From Anaerolineae bacterium (GTDB lineage Bacteria; Chloroflexota; Anaerolineae; VGOG01): a DNA stretch of 64,000 nt. A program made the translations under genes and the position numbers. Location: the NCBI GenBank assembly GCA_034431315.1, contig DAOUDK010000119.1, forward strand, positions 28,873 through 92,872, read 5' to 3'. Below are positions 16,951 to 25,012 of the stretch, one piece after another. Numbering within the stretch: the first letter of the stretch is position 1; every line of letters starts with the position of its first letter. The notes below the pieces were generated by a model. The model worked only from the letters and a program-made list of their open reading frames with translations, was not told the origin of the DNA and did not search any database.

Positions 16951-18270
16951 TTACGACATATTTACTTCGTGTCTTTGTGTCTTAGTGGTTATCAACCTCG
17001 GCTCTTGCAACCTCAAAGCCAAGAAAAAGGCCACGGCATAAAAGGCCAGGGCCAACGAGAAAAGCACGGTAAAGCCTGTTATATCAACGATCAGGCCTCC
17101 CACCGACGAGGCCAACAGAGCTATCCCCATGGTGGTGTTGGTGAAGCCGATGTAGAGGGGCCGACTATCGGCCGGGGCAATCTCCAGCAGGAAATTCATG
17201 TTGCCGATCATGGCTCCCGATTTGTAGCCGCCAGATAGGACGAAAACCAGGGCGAAAAGGCTCGGAGCTAACTCCCTCAGCCCAGGCCACATATCGGCCA
17301 GCGGCCCGATGGATAGAGCCGTTAGAGGTATCAACAGCCCCAGCGCGCTGGACAAGATGAGGAGCAATTTGTTGCCCCGCCGGTCGCTGATGCGGCCCCA
17401 CAGCAAGTTGGAGGCGAAACTGGCCAGGGTGGCCCCAGTCAGGTAGACCCCCACCATGCCCACCGACACGGAGAGAGCCCGTTTGGCGTAAACGATGTAG
17501 AAAGGAGTGGCTATCTCCGCCGCCATCAGCAGCAGGCGCATGGTCAAGAAGCGGCGGTAGTTTGCGTCTCGACGCGGCAGATCCAAAGCCCGCCTGAATT
17601 GCCTGCCCAGGGACACTCTCTCCTCATTAACCGGCTCAACAGGTTCCACCACCAGGGTAAAGCTGCCCAGACCCACGCAGAGGGCAAAGAAGGAGAGCAA
17701 GAAGAGAATGGCATAGTTATCGGGGAAAGTCAGGCCGCGCCCTTCGTCGAGGATGTACTTAACCAACAGACTACCGCCCAGGGCCAAGAATCCCCCAGAA
17801 AAGCGACGCCAGCCGAAGAATGCCCCGCGTCGGGTGGCTGGGATGGCTTTAGCCACGATGTCTATGAAGCTGATGCCAGCCAGGCCCGCCGTCAGGCTAT
17901 AAGCAGCCAGCAGGGTGAAAAAGACGACGAGAAGCAAAGCGGGGTCCTCAATGAGGAAGACGGCCAGGGTCATCAGTCCCCAGATTGCCACCCTTGCCCC
18001 AGCCACGCGAGCGTAGAAGGGCAGTTTTCGCTGGCGCCTCTGTAGATAGCTGGAGATCACGAGCTGGGGTAGAAACCAGCCACCACCCTGAATGGGCGTG
18101 ATCAGGCCAATGAGGAAGTTGGAGGTCGTCAGTTGGCTGACGAACCAGCTCAGCACCAAAGAGGGGTCCAGCAGCGCGCTGTAGAAATTGGAGAAAGCGC
18201 CATTGAGCACCCCAAAGATGAAATTGCGCTTCAGGTGGCGTTGGGCCGTAGCATTGATGGTATGGGCCAA
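16951..18270 (-). CDS. MFS transporter
   Basis: 439 aa, 12 predicted TM helices, MFS-type loop motifs. Confidence 0.6.
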   Translation of the reverse strand: MAHTINATAQRHLKRNFIFGVLNGAFSNFYSALLDPSLVLSWFVSQLTTSNFLIGLITPIQGGGWFLPQLVISSYLQRRQRKLPFYARVAGARVAIWGLMTLAVFLIEDPALLLVVFFTLLAAYSLTAGLAGISFIDIVAKAIPATRRGAFFGWRRFSGGFLALGGSLLVKYILDEGRGLTFPDNYAILFLLSFFALCVGLGSFTLVVEPVEPVNEERVSLGRQFRRALDLPRRDANYRRFLTMRLLLMAAEIATPFYIVYAKRALSVSVGMVGVYLTGATLASFASNLLWGRISDRRGNKLLLILSSALGLLIPLTALSIGPLADMWPGLRELAPSLFALVFVLSGGYKSGAMIGNMNFLLEIAPADSRPLYIGFTNTTMGIALLASSVGGLIVDITGFTVLFSLALAFYAVAFFLALRLQEPRLITTKTQRHEVNMS

Positions 18271-18286
18271 GGGAAGCTATTCCTTT

Positions 18287-19195
18287 TCAGTTGCCAGGCA
18301 CTTTCACCGAGGATTTCACAGCAAAAGCGCTTTTCGAATTGCCTTTGGCGTTCGGACAGACAGCCTTTTCGGAAGTGCCTGGCAACTTGGATGTGCCCCT
18401 CCCGGCGCTCAGCGACCGGCCCTCACGCCCCTGGCGCAACATGAGCATCTCGGCCATGATGCTGAGAGCGATCTCCGCAGGCGAGTCCGCCCCCAGGTCC
18501 AGGCCCACTGGAGCATACACCCGCACCAACTGCTCCTCACCTACCCCCGCCTCCCGCAGGACCTTGAAGACGAGGCTCACCTTGCGGCGGCTGCCCAGCA
18601 GCCCGATGTAGGCCGCTGGGGACTCGATGACCGCCCGCAACGCAGCCGCGTCACTTTCGTGGCTGCGGGAAGCGATGACTATCCAGGTACTTGGGGTTAT
18701 ATCGAGCGCGCTCAAACCGGCTTCGAAATCCTCGACCAGTATCTCTTCGGCCTGGGGGAAGCGATCGCGGTTGGCGTATTCGGCGCGGTCGTCGAACACC
18801 GAAGTGCGGAATCCCAGCAACGGTGCCAGTTCGGCCAGGGGGATGGCCACGTGGCCTGCCCCGATGAGCAGCAGGGTGAGCTGCGGGGAGATCACGTCAA
18901 CGAAGACGTCCAGGTCTCCTCCACAAACGCCCAGGTCTTGCTCGTGCTTATCGGCGCGCAAACCGTAGTGAACCAGGCGCGACCTCCCTTCGTCCAAAGC
19001 TTCCTGGGCGGCCTCAATGATGGCAGCCTCCAGCGCTCCTCCTCCGACGGTGCCTATGCTGGTGCCGTCGGGGCGAATCAGCATTTTGGTTCCCACCTGG
19101 CGGGGCGTTGAGCCACGGGTCTGGACAATGACAGCCACAGCCACAGATTCCCGCCGACGCACAGCCTCAGTGATAGCCTCGTAGATCGTGTTCAT
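18287..19195 (-). CDS. xdhC: XdhC/CoxI family molybdenum hydroxylase accessory protein
   Basis: 302 aa; N-terminal XdhC_CoxI domain and C-terminal Rossmann domain (LLLIGAGHVAIPLAELA). Confidence 0.7.
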   Translation of the reverse strand: MNTIYEAITEAVRRRESVAVAVIVQTRGSTPRQVGTKMLIRPDGTSIGTVGGGALEAAIIEAAQEALDEGRSRLVHYGLRADKHEQDLGVCGGDLDVFVDVISPQLTLLLIGAGHVAIPLAELAPLLGFRTSVFDDRAEYANRDRFPQAEEILVEDFEAGLSALDITPSTWIVIASRSHESDAAALRAVIESPAAYIGLLGSRRKVSLVFKVLREAGVGEEQLVRVYAPVGLDLGADSPAEIALSIMAEMLMLRQGREGRSLSAGRGTSKLPGTSEKAVCPNAKGNSKSAFAVKSSVKVPGN

Positions 19196-19258
19196 TCACC
19201 TACCTCCTTCTGAGCAGGTCTTTATTATACCATCTTCCAGTGTTCGGAGCAATAAAAC

Positions 19259-19312
19259 GTGATTCGTGTTGCGTGGTCCGTCAAATCCAACGCACCACGC
19301 AACACGAATCAC
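19259..19312 (-). terminator. Perfect 19-bp inverted repeat hairpin (GTGATTCGTGTTGCGTGGT ... ACCACGCAACACGAATCAC) overlapping stop of activase gene
   Basis: Direct reading; 16-nt loop. Confidence 0.5.
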
Positions 19313-20085
19313 TTCGCTTTCTCTCTAGCCAGCAGTGCCGCCCCTAACGCACCAACAAGTTGGGGTTCCGGTGGCAGGAGGATGGCCAAGCCTATCTGCT
19401 TCTCCAGGGCTCTCACCACGCCGATGTTCACGGCTACTCCGCCGCTCATGACCACCGCCTCCTCCAGGCCCACCTGCCCTGCCAGCCCTGCCACCCGGTT
19501 GGCGATGGCCACGTGGATGCCAGCCACGATGTCGGCCTTGGGCGCTCCCCTGCTCATCTGACCTATGACCTCCGACTCGGCGAAGACGGTGCAGGTGCTG
19601 GAGATGCTTACCGGGTGCCGGGACTGCTGGGAAAGAGGCCCCAGCTCCTCGACTTCCAGCTCCAGAGCCTCGGCCATCACCTCCAGGAAGCGGCCCGTGC
19701 CAGCGGCGCACTTGTCGTTCATGGCGAAGTCGGTGACGTATCCACGGGGATGCACCCTGATCACCTTGCTGTCCTGCCCGCCGATGTCTATCACGGTGCG
19801 CGTGGTGGGGAAAAGATGTGTCGCGCCCCGGGCGTGACACGTTATCTCCGAGACCTCCTCGTTGGCCGCGTCGTACGTCACCCGCCCGTAGCCGGTGACC
19901 ACTGTGTAACCCACATCATCGGCAGCGACGCCCTCCCGCTCCAGCAACCCTTCCACCAACCGCGCCGCCACCTGGCAGCTATCGTGTCTGGATCTGGCCA
20001 GATCGCTGGCGACCACGGCACCAGCCCCATCCAATACCACCGCTTTGACCGTCAGCGCGCCGATGTCTATCCCCACAAAGTACAT
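19309..20085 (-). CDS. BadF/BadG/BcrA/BcrD-type ATPase (CoA-substrate-specific enzyme activase, HgdC-like)
   Basis: MYFVGIDIGALTVKAVV... acetate/sugar-kinase fold ATPase with Cys residues for [4Fe-4S] bridging; start chosen at ATG 20083-20085 preceded by CCAGGAGG. Confidence 0.65.
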   Translation of the reverse strand: MYFVGIDIGALTVKAVVLDGAGAVVASDLARSRHDSCQVAARLVEGLLEREGVAADDVGYTVVTGYGRVTYDAANEEVSEITCHARGATHLFPTTRTVIDIGGQDSKVIRVHPRGYVTDFAMNDKCAAGTGRFLEVMAEALELEVEELGPLSQQSRHPVSISSTCTVFAESEVIGQMSRGAPKADIVAGIHVAIANRVAGLAGQVGLEEAVVMSGGVAVNIGVVRALEKQIGLAILLPPEPQLVGALGAALLAREKAK

Positions 20086-20178
20086 GGCATCCTCCTGGTA
20101 AGCGAGACCCCAGGTTTTTCCCCGTCTGAGCAAGCAGATCGTTTCATAGCACGTCAAAGCGGGGGGGTGAGGGTAACT

Positions 20179-20263
20179 GTCAACGGATTCCGGGAACGAA
20201 TTGAACGGATTGGAGTTCCGCACGTGACTTTTTCCGTTCAATCCGTTCAAAGAATCCGTTGAC
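20179..20263. repeat. Large imperfect palindrome built from AACGGATT / AATCCGTT motifs (GTCAACGGATTC ... GAATCCGTTGAC); related to AACGGATT variant of the MITE family
   Basis: Direct reading. Confidence 0.55.
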
Positions 20264-20425
20264 AGCAATCCATGCTTTCTATCCCCCTACTTTGGGGTGC
20301 TATGGATCATTTTGGGGGGACTTCTGGGATACGAAAAAATGTCTCTCATTAACCAAAAAACCCTGGTTTCTGATTCCTACCTCCGGTAGCGTATTATACC
20401 AGGAATCCCCCACAGTTCAAGGAGA

Positions 20426-20454
20426 TTGACAATTTCTCCCCCGAGTAGTATGAT
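20426..20454 (+). promoter_or_regulatory. Sigma70-like promoter TTGACA-17-TATGAT for response regulator gene
   Basis: ggagaTTGACAatttctcccccgagtagTATGATaagg. Confidence 0.5.
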
Positions 20455-20486
20455 AAGGGCACCGACTTCAAAGAGAGGACCGCAAC

Positions 20487-21218
20487 ATGGTTTCGACTGA
20501 AAACAAGCTTATCCTGATAGTGGACGATGAGCCACGGATGATCAAGTTCATTCGCTTGAACCTGGATCTGGAGGGATATCGAGTTAGCGAGGCGTCCAAC
20601 GGCCTGGAGGCCCTGGATAAAGTTCGCCAGGAGCTGCCCGATCTCGTCTTGCTGGACGTGATGATGCCTGAGATGGACGGGTTCGAGACCCTGGAGCGCG
20701 TCCGCGAGATCTCGAACGTGCCGGTCATCATGCTCACCGTCAAGGCCGAGGAGGAGGACAAAGTGCGGGGCCTGGAGCTGGGGGCCGATGACTACGTCAC
20801 CAAGCCCTTCAGTCCCAGGGAGCTCTCCAGCCGCATCAAAGCCGTGCTGCGCCGGACGGCGATGCCGTCGCCGGTCGAGAAGACTATCCTGAAAATTGAC
20901 GACGATGGCTTCGGCTTATCCATTGACTTCAATCGGCGGGAGGTCTTAGTGCGAGGCGAGAGGATCAAGCTGCGCCCGACCGAGTACCGCTTGCTCTATC
21001 ACCTGGTCAACAACGCCGGCTGGGTGATGACCCACGAGATGCTGCTTTCCAAAGTCTGGGGCTACGCCTATCGGGACGACACCCACCTTTTGCGCGTCTA
21101 CATCACCTACCTGCGCCAGAAGATCGAGCCGGATCCTTCCAATCCCAGGTACATTTTCACCGAGCGGGGCATAGGCTACCGCTTCGTGGATTTCAAGCAA
21201 AAAACCCAGGGTGGCTGA
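20487..21218 (+). CDS. OmpR-family winged-helix response regulator (orphan; no adjacent histidine kinase)
   Basis: 243 aa; receiver domain (LIVDDEP...D...MP.MDG) + trans_reg_C (LT..E..LL..L). Confidence 0.8.
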   Translation: MVSTENKLILIVDDEPRMIKFIRLNLDLEGYRVSEASNGLEALDKVRQELPDLVLLDVMMPEMDGFETLERVREISNVPVIMLTVKAEEEDKVRGLELGADDYVTKPFSPRELSSRIKAVLRRTAMPSPVEKTILKIDDDGFGLSIDFNRREVLVRGERIKLRPTEYRLLYHLVNNAGWVMTHEMLLSKVWGYAYRDDTHLLRVYITYLRQKIEPDPSNPRYIFTERGIGYRFVDFKQKTQGG

Positions 21219-21222
21219 ACGA

Positions 21223-21270
21223 ACACACAAGCCCCGGCGATTCAGATCCTCGCCGGGGCTTGTGTGTTTA
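21223..21270. terminator. Rho-independent terminator hairpin (CACACAAGCCCCGGCGA ... TCGCCGGGGCTTGTGTG + TTTAT); homolog at 23987-24029
   Basis: Direct reading. Confidence 0.7.
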
Positions 21271-21293
21271 TTACTACGATTCTCTTAAAAGGC

Positions 21294-21503
21294 TTAGAGC
21301 TTCACTACGTTGGCGGCCTGAGGACCTTTGTCGCTGTCCTCGATGGTGAACTCCACCTGCTCGCCTTCTTCCAGATTGCGGAAACCTTCGCCCTGGAGAG
21401 CTGAAAAGTGGACGAAGACGTCCTCGCCACCCTCGCGCTCAATGAAGCCGTAACCCTTGGCACGGCTAAACCACTTCACCGTGCCTGTAATTCTCTCGCT
21501 CAC
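21294..21503 (-). CDS. csp: Cold-shock protein (CspA family)
   Basis: 69 aa; GTVKWF..KGYGFI...[12 protein letters not shown] motifs. Confidence 0.85.
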   Translation of the reverse strand: MSERITGTVKWFSRAKGYGFIEREGGEDVFVHFSALQGEGFRNLEEGEQVEFTIEDSDKGPQAANVVKL

Positions 21504-21696
21504 TGACTGGCATACCTCCTTCCCTTGTGATATACTGTAGGGCGGAGTTAGTTTGTTCTTGGTTCTGCCTGTCAGCCTGTGCCGATGACGGCCCTAGCTA
21601 TACCACGTTAGAACTACGAAACAAGAGCTTACTGCGTCCTACGTGCTATATCATATCATACTTTCACTTTTCTGTCAAATCTCGATCTCCAAGAGC

Positions 21697-21725
21697 TTGA
21701 CTTTTTAGGGTATTTATGATACAAT
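21697..21725 (+). promoter_or_regulatory. Sigma70-like promoter TTGACT-17-TACAAT
   Basis: agcTTGACTttttagggtatttatgaTACAATac. Confidence 0.45.
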
Positions 21726-21731
21726 ACAAAC

Positions 21732-21860
21732 GAGTAACTTCATAAACTGAGGATTGGTAACGGGGGCGACGATGCTCAGCCTGTGGGCATGGATGCTTGG
21801 GCTAGGTGGAGCCAATAGCATAACCGACCGTTGACGTGATATCTGTAACGGTCGGTTTTT
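21732..21860 (+). ncRNA. Candidate small RNA or leader/attenuator: ~130-nt unit from promoter to intrinsic terminator (ACCGACCGTT..AACGGTCGGT + TTTTT at 21823-21860)
   Basis: Promoter and terminator read directly; no ORF with RBS inside; lies upstream of beta-helix protein gene. Confidence 0.3.
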
Positions 21861-22040
21861 GTGTTTTACCACACTTTGCCCCGCCTGCAAAGTCAAAGGA
21901 GGGTAGCCTATGGAAGATGTCGTCTTATCAGCCGAACGCTTATGAAATTCTGCAAAGGAGGCAGAGAAATGGCAAGCCAATCGTTGTTCGATTCGCTGAG
22001 TAACAATACACAAAAATCCGCAAAGGAGGGAAAAGGTAAG

Positions 22041-23897
22041 ATGAGGACGAATACAAGGAAGTTCAGACTGGCGCTGAGCGCGCTGACGTTGGTAGCACTG
22101 CTGCTTTCGGTCTTTGGAGCGGTTCCGGTGTGGGCACAGACGACTTGGTATGTGGATGATGACAATTGCCCCGGCCCTGGTGCTGGTACGCAGGTTGATC
22201 CCTTCTGCAGCATCCAGGACGCCATTGATGCTGCCACTGCTGGCGACACCATCAACGTGGCGGCGGGGACGTACACCGAGCACGTTACTATCGACAAGTC
22301 ATTAGCCCTTCAGGGGGCTGGCGCATCACAAACTACTATTGATGTCTCCGGTTTGCTGATACAGAATCCGCATGTCGCGGTCGAGGTTCAAAATGGTGTC
22401 AACAACGTTGTTGTAGATGGATTCACGATAATTGGAGTTCCAGCGTTCCATCACTCTGACGACTCGGTTATACGATGTGGCGGGAGCAGTGGCACCAATA
22501 ATGACATAACTATAAGCAACAACGTTATAGACGGATATGTAGGCATCCTGTTTAAGAATGGCGACAGTTTTACAGTGCAACAGAACGATATTACCTTCAA
22601 TAAAAATGCTATCGTCATTCAAAGTGGATGCACCAACGTCGACATTTCAGATAATACGATGACTGGCGGAACCAGTATGCAAACAGACCCCTATGGGATT
22701 TACATCACTTCCACCACTGGTTCTATCACAGGAAACACTATAGAGAATGTCATTGGACCTGATGACGGGGGTAAAGGTATTGGCGGAAGCAGTAACCATG
22801 ATCTGGTTATTGACGACAACGTCATCAATAACACGGGATATGATGGCATTTCCTTCTGGAGTAACACCCACCATGTCACCATCAGCAACAACACCCTGAG
22901 CAATAACGCACAGACGTATTACAAAGGTGGTGGAATAACCATCAAAGGCGACGACATCACCATCATAAACAACGACATTACCGGCAGCGGACATGACGGT
23001 GTCATCATTGACACCCATGTGCTCGACAGCGTACGTATTGACATCAATTACAACAATATATGGGGAAATGCTGATTATGGTGTCAATGTGAAGAATGCGG
23101 GTGAGACTGTCGATGCCGAGAACAACTGGTGGGGTCATGCCAGTGGGCCTGATGATGATGCAGGAGTTATTAATGGCACTGGTGATAAGATCAGCACCAA
23201 TGTTGATGCCGACCCCTGGATTGGGAAGACAGGTGAGCCGTCGGGGCACGGGGATGCCACCAATGGAGGCACAGCCACGGTCAGCGCGGGCAACAGTTCT
23301 GTGTACGTGGATGCAGACCCTGGGAAAAGCGGCGGGGTGAGTGTGGTCGAAGAAACAGCAGCTCCGCCGCAGGGCTTTGCCGGCATGGGCAGCGGCGCAA
23401 AGCTTAACAAATACCTTGTGATCACCAGCGACTTCGCCGACGGCGACTTCTTCGCCACCGTCAAGCTCCACTACACCCAGGCTGAGTATGAGGCCATGGG
23501 TAACCCCAGCAACCTGGCGCTGTTCTGGTGGGACGCGGCCAACAGTACGTGGATGCTGGCCGTGGACGCCAATACGACCGGCGGCAAAAGCTACAAAGGC
23601 AATAGTAACCCCGCGGACCATGCCACCCTCGGCGACTATGGCTTTTACGACCAGGGCGCGGCCGGGGGAATCATCTGGGCCAACGTTGACCACTTCAGTG
23701 ACTTCGGCGGCGCGGAAGTCGGTTCTGGAGGCGGCCCCACCGCCATCACCCTCTCCTCCTTCGCCGCCAGGTCAAGCGCAGGTCTGGGAACTCCCCTCGT
23801 TTGGTCGTGGCCGGTCGGGGTAGCAATGCTGGCCATGGGCGGCGTCCTCTGGGTGAGGCGGCGGCGGTCGAATAGGCCTAGAAGTGACCCCAACTGA
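22041..23897 (+). CDS. Secreted right-handed parallel beta-helix repeat protein with C-terminal hydrophobic helix + poly-Arg tail (sorting signal or anchor)
   Basis: Start at ATG 22041 after AAGGAGGG; signal peptide MRTNTRKFRLALSALTLVALLLSVFGAVPVWAQ; repeated N..I..N beta-helix rungs; C-term VWSWPVGVAMLAMGGVLWVRRRRSNR. Confidence 0.55.
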   Translation: MRTNTRKFRLALSALTLVALLLSVFGAVPVWAQTTWYVDDDNCPGPGAGTQVDPFCSIQDAIDAATAGDTINVAAGTYTEHVTIDKSLALQGAGASQTTIDVSGLLIQNPHVAVEVQNGVNNVVVDGFTIIGVPAFHHSDDSVIRCGGSSGTNNDITISNNVIDGYVGILFKNGDSFTVQQNDITFNKNAIVIQSGCTNVDISDNTMTGGTSMQTDPYGIYITSTTGSITGNTIENVIGPDDGGKGIGGSSNHDLVIDDNVINNTGYDGISFWSNTHHVTISNNTLSNNAQTYYKGGGITIKGDDITIINNDITGSGHDGVIIDTHVLDSVRIDINYNNIWGNADYGVNVKNAGETVDAENNWWGHASGPDDDAGVINGTGDKISTNVDADPWIGKTGEPSGHGDATNGGTATVSAGNSSVYVDADPGKSGGVSVVEETAAPPQGFAGMGSGAKLNKYLVITSDFADGDFFATVKLHYTQAEYEAMGNPSNLALFWWDAANSTWMLAVDANTTGGKSYKGNSNPADHATLGDYGFYDQGAAGGIIWANVDHFSDFGGAEVGSGGGPTAITLSSFAARSSAGLGTPLVWSWPVGVAMLAMGGVLWVRRRRSNRPRSDPN

Positions 23898-23986
23898 TCA
23901 CCATCCCCTGTCCCGGACTTCAGGGTCAGGAATAACGAGAAGCCACCTGTGCGCTCGCACAGACGGCTTCTCTTTTTCACCAAAAA

Positions 23987-24029
23987 CGCAAGCCCCGGCG
24001 ATCACGATCATCGCCGGGGCTGGTGTGTT
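23987..24029. terminator. Terminator hairpin (GCAAGCCCCGGCGAT ... ATCGCCGGGGCTGGTG), ~85% identical to 21223-21270
   Basis: Direct reading. Confidence 0.65.
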
Positions 24030-24097
24030 ATGGCAATTCTCTCTTAAGCTCAGAGCCTCACTTCGTCATTGCTAGCCCACGAAAGCCGCAATAGGCT

Positions 24098-24760
24098 CTA
24101 CAGACTCGGACTTTGGGAAAGCATCAGGAGCCGCTCCCGTCGAACAACGTAAGGCTTTTCGGCCAGGCCCAGGGCGTCCAGCACCTCGTCGGGCCGCCCG
24201 GCGCCCTGACTACCGGCCCGAAGGCGCATTCCCAAGACCCAACCGTCAGTCTCTTTCCCCTCAACCCACAAGTCCTCGATCAAAGGGCGCAAATCGTAAT
24301 CCTTGCCCCGACGCTGGCGCGGCAGTTGCTCGGTCGAAAGCAACTCCTCCAGTTTCCCCTCCATCTCCTCCTGCGACCCATCCCAGAACACCGTCACCCG
24401 ATACTCCGCCGCGCGCACCTGAGACTGCAGGGAGGGTAACTTGGGATAAACCTCCTCCACGGAGAGCACCTCCAGCCCCGGCGGCAGATGGGGCACTAAT
24501 CCCTTAACGAAGTTGTAGGGAGAGATGTGGCGCTCCAGGACGACGTCCATCACCTCGCCGCGACTGGTGAAGCCCACGGGCAAGGGGGCAGCGACGGCTA
24601 TTTTGGGCCGGGGGTTGAAGCCGTGGGAGTAAGCCAGAGGCACTCGCGCCCGGCGCAAAGTCCTCTCCCACAGCCGCATCAGATCCAGGTGAGAGATGTA
24701 TTTTATCTCCTCGCCCTTGGCGAAGGTTATGCGCAAGCGCTGCTGTATTGTTGGCCTCAT
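24098..24760 (-). CDS. TIGR03936-family (DUF2344) protein, partner of TIGR03960 radical SAM
   Basis: 220 aa; ITFAKGEEIKYISHLDLMRLWERTLRRA... characteristic family N-terminus; adjacent to radical SAM gene. Confidence 0.55.
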   Translation of the reverse strand: MRPTIQQRLRITFAKGEEIKYISHLDLMRLWERTLRRARVPLAYSHGFNPRPKIAVAAPLPVGFTSRGEVMDVVLERHISPYNFVKGLVPHLPPGLEVLSVEEVYPKLPSLQSQVRAAEYRVTVFWDGSQEEMEGKLEELLSTEQLPRQRRGKDYDLRPLIEDLWVEGKETDGWVLGMRLRAGSQGAGRPDEVLDALGLAEKPYVVRRERLLMLSQSPSL

Positions 24761-24778
24761 TAAACTAAACTCCGTCGC

Positions 24779-25012
24779 ATCACTACAACGAATTCAGAAA
24801 TCAACGAATTGAGAGCAAGCAACTTGTACTAAGCGCAACTGCTCACCTCGCTCGGCCCGGATTGCCAAATCCGGGCCAGACGGGCCCCGACCAGTCGAAT
24901 TCAGCTCGTTAAGCCGCCGGATCTGGCGATCCGGCGGGAACAGGTGAGTAATCACCGCTAAGCTTGTCGAGGCATTCGTTCCTTTCTCAATTCGTTGTAG
25001 TGTCATAGTAAC
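24779..25012. repeat. MITE-like element copy 2 (end B at left, inverted end A at right); internal hairpins GGCCCGGAT..ATCCGGGCC and CCGCCGGATC..GATCCGGCGG
   Basis: Right end cattcgttcctttctcaattcgttgtagtg is the reverse complement of copy-1 left end; supplies last 5 codons + stop (DTTTN*) of radical SAM gene. Confidence 0.7.

Noticed and set aside
20487-21218. Considered whether the orphan OmpR regulator belongs to a hidden two-component defense or signalling island
   Set aside because: There is no kinase or unusual partner within 5 kb. It appears to be an ordinary orphan regulator.
21861-22040. Upstream-extended starts of track ORFs (21861 beta-helix, 56722 GH65, 53647 aminotransferase, 60553 lipoprotein, 19309-20268 activase N-terminal extension)
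   Set aside because: The extensions lack an RBS and encode non-conserved sequence. Internal ATGs preceded by GGAGG-type sites and followed by signal peptides or conserved N-termini were chosen instead.
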